Positions 60,183 through 64,000 of a DNA stretch of 64,000 nt are shown here, one piece after another. The position numbers and the translations under genes are program-made. Below the pieces are notes generated by a model. The model searched no databases, was not told where the DNA came from, and saw nothing but the letters and a program-made list of their open reading frames with translations. The DNA is from Balneola sp. (GTDB lineage: Bacteria; Bacteroidota; Rhodothermia; Balneolales; Balneolaceae), in contig OZ260081.1 in NCBI GenBank assembly GCA_965284405.1, positions 2,209,732 through 2,273,731 of the forward strand, read 5' to 3'. Position 1 is the first letter of the stretch. Each line of letters begins with the position of its first letter.

Positions 60183-60414
60183 AAGAAACGGACATCCCCA
60201 ATTTCGAAACAAATTCTCGGGTTCTGAGTAGTTCACCCCTCCTTGGATAAGGAGGGGAATTTGTGAGTTGATTCTAATTTTATCAACGAGTCCTCCTCCT
60301 GTTGCAGGAGGAGAAAGAGGAGGTCTTTTCTACTTTGCGATCAAGAATCCGGATCGTTATCAAGAGTGTAGTCTTCATATAAATCCAGATCTCGGGCATA
60401 CGCCGCGAGATGAC
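60183..60414 (+). repeat. Tandem duplication of the 3' part of A4
   Basis: Matches 59924-60155 (offset 259) with 3 mismatches seen. Confidence 0.92.
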
Positions 60415-60477
60415 TTGACTCAAAGGCATCAACCAATTAATTAGCCCTTCAAAGAGAACATAATCCACGAAAAAGAA

Positions 60478-60528
60478 GTCCAGTCCCAACGGTGTGGACG
60501 CTTAAGGCTATATGTGAAGGTATTTTTG
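60478..60528 (+). promoter_or_regulatory. Putative TBDR promoter: GTCCA-N12-TGGAC inverted repeat plus -7 element
   Basis: GTCCA (60478-60482) / TGGAC (60495-60499). TATTTTTG (60521-60528) lies 31 nt before the ATG. Confidence 0.45.
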
Positions 60529-60559
60529 TACGAATCAATTAACCGCATAAAATATATTC

Positions 60560-62902
60560 ATGAAAAACATTTCACTGTTTCTGATCCTGACCGGACTTTC
60601 ATTTTCAGTATTTGCCCGACAATCGACACCACCTCAAACTCAGGAAATCACCGGGGTGGTTATAGACAGGTTGACTCAGGAAACACTTATCGGGGTTAAT
60701 GTTTTAGTTCTGGATCATGAGCCTCTTCTCGGAACATCCACGGATGAAACTGGGAATTTTGTTTTGAAGAATGTCCCGTTGGGGAGGCATGATATTAAGT
60801 TCAGTTATCTTGGATTTGAGACTGTGATATTGCGAAATATTCTGGTCAGCTCGGGTAAACAAACGGTTCTTAATGTTGAAATGGAAGAATCTGTATTTGA
60901 AGGAGAAGCTATTGAAGTCGTTGCCACTATTCAGAAAGACAAACCCATCAACGATTTTGCAAAAGTAAGTGTGAAACAATTCACGGTAGAAGAAACCCAA
61001 CGTTATGCAGGCGGATTAGACGATCCGGGTAGATTAGTGACCGTTTTTCCGGGAGTAAATTCCACCGGAGGTGTTCAGAATAATGCTATTTCGATTCGTG
61101 GAAATGCACCCAAAAGTGTGCAATGGAGATTGGAAGGAATTGAGATCCCAAACCCAAATCATTTTGCAGGACTCTCGGTAGCGGGTGGTGGTGGATTGAC
61201 ATTATTCAGTGCTCAACTACTTTCGAACTCGGACTTTTTTACCGGTGCTTTTCCTTCAGAATATGGGAATGCTCTTTCCGGTGTGTTTGATATTAACTTC
61301 AGATCAGGAAACAGAAACAAAAGAGAGCACGCTGTTCAAATCGGAATAAACGGATTAGAGGCAAGTTCCGGAGGTCCTATAAAAAAGAACGGCTCTGCAA
61401 CCTATTTGTTCAATTACCGGTTTTCAACTTTAACGCTGTTACAACCATTGCTGCCAGTTGAGGGACGAATTCAATATCAGGATCTGTCGTTCAAAATTGA
61501 TGTGCCAACTCAGAATAGTGGTCGTTTCGAGTTTTGGGGAATCGGAGGTTTGGATCTTCAAACGATGGAAGCTAAAACAGATTCAAGCAAATGGGAATAC
61601 GCATTCAGTGATTTCACAGAAAATCGAATTGATCTGGGAGTAGGAGCCGTGGGAGTTTCACATAGCATCACCGTAAACAACAAAGGATATCTGAAAAGCA
61701 CTCTGGCTTTTTCAGGTAATTCCACTCAATATTCAGAAGAACGTTTTGATGATAATTTGAATCTGAATCCTTATCTGAATATTGATGACAATACAAGTCG
61801 ATTGGCTTTTAAAACTTTTCTGAATCAAGGATTTGGTAAAAGAATAACCACACGTACAGGCGTGGAATTACAACAGCTTTATTTCAACTTTGATCTGTCA
61901 GGGAAGCCCGACAACTCATCTCCTTATCAAAGTCTGATCCGGCAAAAAGATCAGGCGCAGCTGTATCAGATATATCATCAATCAGAATTCAATGTGTTAC
62001 CGCGACTTTCGATCTTAGGTGGTTTGCACGGACAGTGGTTTTCTGTAAATGATGAATTTGTACTGGAACCCAGAGCTGCAATCAATTGGCAGGTGTTACC
62101 AGAAACCGCATTAAATATTGGCTACGGATTACACAGTCAGATCGAAGAATTGGATGTTTATTTGGTGCAACCGCAGGCGAATTTTCCGAATAAAGACCTT
62201 AAAACAAGCAAAGCGCATCATTTGGTAGCTTCTGTAGATCAGGGAATCGGAGAGTTGCATCGAATTAAGATCGAGGGATTTTGGCAAAATATGTTTGATG
62301 TTCCCGTAATCGCAGACAGTAGTTTTTCGATGCTGAATTATGTGCATGATTTCACTTTTACGGACGCTCTGGTAAATGAAGGAAAAGGAGAGAACTACGG
62401 AATAGAATTAACGGTAGAGCGATTTATGAGTGAAGGATATTATTACTTACTGACCGGTACTTTTTATTCAAACAGATACAAAGGTGGAGATGAAATTTGG
62501 AGAAATGGTCGCTTTGATCAGAAAATAGCAGCAAATGTTCTTTTCGGGAAAGAATTCAATTTAAGAGAAGGACGAAATTTACTGGGATTGAATGTTCGTG
62601 GAAGCATAACAGGAGGAGAGCGTTACAGTCCGGTGCTTCAAACTGCATCGATGAATGCCAAAGAAGTGGTATTCGATGAGACAAGTGCATTTTCGCGACA
62701 GTTTGATACACATTACATTGTTGATCTTTCAGTTACGTATCGAACGAACAAAGAAAACTACTCGACCTTATGGGCCTTGCAGATAAAAAACTTATTGGGA
62801 GCCAAGGATCCAAGATTCGATTATAACTTCAAAACGGAAAAAGTAGATCTTATTAAAGAAGGATTAGTATTGCCGTTGCTGAGCTGGAAAATTGAGTTTT
62901 GA
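60560..62902 (+). CDS. TonB-dependent receptor with N-terminal carboxypeptidase-regulatory-like domain
   Basis: Signal peptide, ITGVVID..TQETLIGVNV, plug region DPGRLV..FPGV...ISIRGN, terminal Phe (WKIEF). Confidence 0.9.
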   Translation: MKNISLFLILTGLSFSVFARQSTPPQTQEITGVVIDRLTQETLIGVNVLVLDHEPLLGTSTDETGNFVLKNVPLGRHDIKFSYLGFETVILRNILVSSGKQTVLNVEMEESVFEGEAIEVVATIQKDKPINDFAKVSVKQFTVEETQRYAGGLDDPGRLVTVFPGVNSTGGVQNNAISIRGNAPKSVQWRLEGIEIPNPNHFAGLSVAGGGGLTLFSAQLLSNSDFFTGAFPSEYGNALSGVFDINFRSGNRNKREHAVQIGINGLEASSGGPIKKNGSATYLFNYRFSTLTLLQPLLPVEGRIQYQDLSFKIDVPTQNSGRFEFWGIGGLDLQTMEAKTDSSKWEYAFSDFTENRIDLGVGAVGVSHSITVNNKGYLKSTLAFSGNSTQYSEERFDDNLNLNPYLNIDDNTSRLAFKTFLNQGFGKRITTRTGVELQQLYFNFDLSGKPDNSSPYQSLIRQKDQAQLYQIYHQSEFNVLPRLSILGGLHGQWFSVNDEFVLEPRAAINWQVLPETALNIGYGLHSQIEELDVYLVQPQANFPNKDLKTSKAHHLVASVDQGIGELHRIKIEGFWQNMFDVPVIADSSFSMLNYVHDFTFTDALVNEGKGENYGIELTVERFMSEGYYYLLTGTFYSNRYKGGDEIWRNGRFDQKIAANVLFGKEFNLREGRNLLGLNVRGSITGGERYSPVLQTASMNAKEVVFDETSAFSRQFDTHYIVDLSVTYRTNKENYSTLWALQIKNLLGAKDPRFDYNFKTEKVDLIKEGLVLPLLSWKIEF

Positions 62903-62925
62903 AAAGAGGGATTCCTATTCCTATC

Positions 62926-62950
62926 CATCAGACGGGTAATCCGTCAGATG
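62926..62950. repeat. Palindrome family X copy (inverted)
   Basis: CATCAGACGGGTAATCCGTCAGATG. Confidence 0.9.
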
Positions 62951-62971
62951 GATTTTGGTTGCTGAACAGGG

Positions 62972-63185
62972 GCATCCTGAACCATGTACTGAACTTGATT
63001 CAGTATTGCTTCAGGATCTTTGTGAGGTTTATTTCTGGTTGTTATATCCGACACTCCGATCAACGATGTTACAACCTCCATTACCCCGCTTTACGGTCAT
63101 TCCTGCGAAGGCAGGAATCCGGATCGTTATCACAAGCATAATCACCTAAAACTATCCAGATCTCGGGCATACGCCGCGAGATGAC
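62972..63185 (+). repeat. Composite palindromic element, short form, copy A5
   Basis: First hairpin has a nested insert (CATCCTGAACCATGTACTGAACTTGATTCAGTATTGCTTCAGGATCT). Ends GAGATGAC. Confidence 0.88.
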
Positions 63186-63218
63186 CAAGATCGAATGTCA
63201 TCAACCCAGGTTGTAAAT

Positions 63219-63298
63219 AACCGCCGGGCGTGAACGCCCTACTAGCTTAAGTTTTGTTATGTGATTTTTAAACTAGCAGGTCCTTCAGGGCCGGCGGT
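63219..63298. repeat. Branched hairpin (REPIN-like)
   Basis: AACCGCCGG/CCGGCGGTT outer stem, CTAGCTTAA/TTAAACTAG inner stem, side hairpins GGGCGTGAACGCCC and GTCCTTCAGGGC. Confidence 0.6.
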
Positions 63299-63538
63299 TT
63301 ATGTAATTGCCTGCCTTTACTCGCTGCGGGTTAAATCTCTGGCTGGTGTACCTGACTAAATCTGTGGCACTACTAACACTCTCAATCAAGTTTGCCAGTG
63401 AGGACTTCAGTCCGGCCGGCTTTTCTTAGTAATTAAATTCCACGTCCACAAACCGCAGGGCTGAAGCCTTTGCCTTTTTTTGAACGACTATGCTTTTGAG
63501 ATAAGACGCAAATCCTAAAAACAAGTAGGGTAAGTTTA

Positions 63539-63994
63539 TTACTCAACGATAAACTTGCCTTTCATTAAGCCGAAATGTCCGGGTACCGAACACAGAAAAT
63601 TATAGATTCCTTTTGGCGGAGCTTCAAATGTTATGGTAGTTGATTCGCCACCACCAATAACTTCGGTAAAAGCTATAATGTCTTCTTTTGATTCAGGAAC
63701 ATATCCATTTTCTTTCTCATCGAGTACACTCATGGCAAAGGGTCGGATTTCAATCTCTTTATTAAGAAGAACAAAATTGTGCCCCATTTCTTCTTTTGTT
63801 CGTTTTCCAGTATGAATCAAAGTAAGCTCAATTGTACTGCCGGATTTTACTTTTATTTCATCCAGATCAAATCTCATCCCATCATTAGAGTTGATGGTCA
63901 CTTTTTGGATCAGATCCTGCGCATGAACACTTGGTACTAATCCATAGAACAAGAAGGTGAGAACAAAAAAGTATTCGAATTTAATGAGGTTCAA
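63539..63994 (-). CDS. Azurin/plastocyanin-family blue copper protein (frame open to window end; start may lie outside)
   Basis: MGHNFVL and YNFLCSVPGHFGLM supply the His/Cys/His/Met type-1 copper ligands. Confidence 0.9.
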   Translation of the reverse strand: MNLIKFEYFFVLTFLFYGLVPSVHAQDLIQKVTINSNDGMRFDLDEIKVKSGSTIELTLIHTGKRTKEEMGHNFVLLNKEIEIRPFAMSVLDEKENGYVPESKEDIIAFTEVIGGGESTTITFEAPPKGIYNFLCSVPGHFGLMKGKFIVE

Positions 63995-64000
63995 TATTGA

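Noticed and set aside
51306-63149. Short ORFs at 51306, 52085, 58243, 60009, 60283, 62899 and 62955
   Set aside because: They are translations of the palindromic repeats (recurring VIPAKAGI, DLGHTPRDD) with no independent coding signal.
51052-63185. CRISPR array
   Set aside because: Repeats are long, modular and dispersed with conserved spacers, not 25-45 bp repeats with unique equal-length spacers. No cas genes.

Overview
AT-rich, gene-dense chromosomal window from an FCB-superphylum bacterium, most like Balneolaceae (Balneolota/Rhodothermaeota). This is inferred from the atpIBEFHAG operon lacking atpDC, the AtpA insertion, a T9SS plug-like gene and TAnnTTTG promoter elements. 1-29 kb is mostly housekeeping: tamB, rnr, a peptidase/beta-propeller/Omp85 fusion, dapF, holB, ccmB, dacB, an NtrC-type regulator, folD, guaB, ATP synthase and tRNA-Ser. 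29.3-48.2 kb is a surface glycoconjugate locus. It combines inositol-3-phosphate synthase and an IPCT-like cytidylyltransferase (CDP-inositol supply) with a TagF-family phosphotransferase, three glycosyltransferases, two flippases and an AsnB-like protein. It is bracketed by TolC + MlaC-like and Wzi + MMPL export genes, and no CDP-alcohol phosphatidyltransferase is present. This is the best candidate for an undescribed system: an inositol-phosphate teichoic-acid-like polymer or glycolipid in a diderm. 48-64 kb holds tatD, ATL, queD/queE, an SDR, parDE, a crotonase, a lone OLD-family nuclease with integron-cassette-like borders, ydeI, AraC + TonB-dependent receptor and azurin, interleaved with a modular family of palindromic repeats. 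Two independent integrase-less mini-insertions (at folD and at the SDR gene) are each flanked by a direct duplication of the host gene's 3' end. All calls come from motifs read by eye; no database searches were run.
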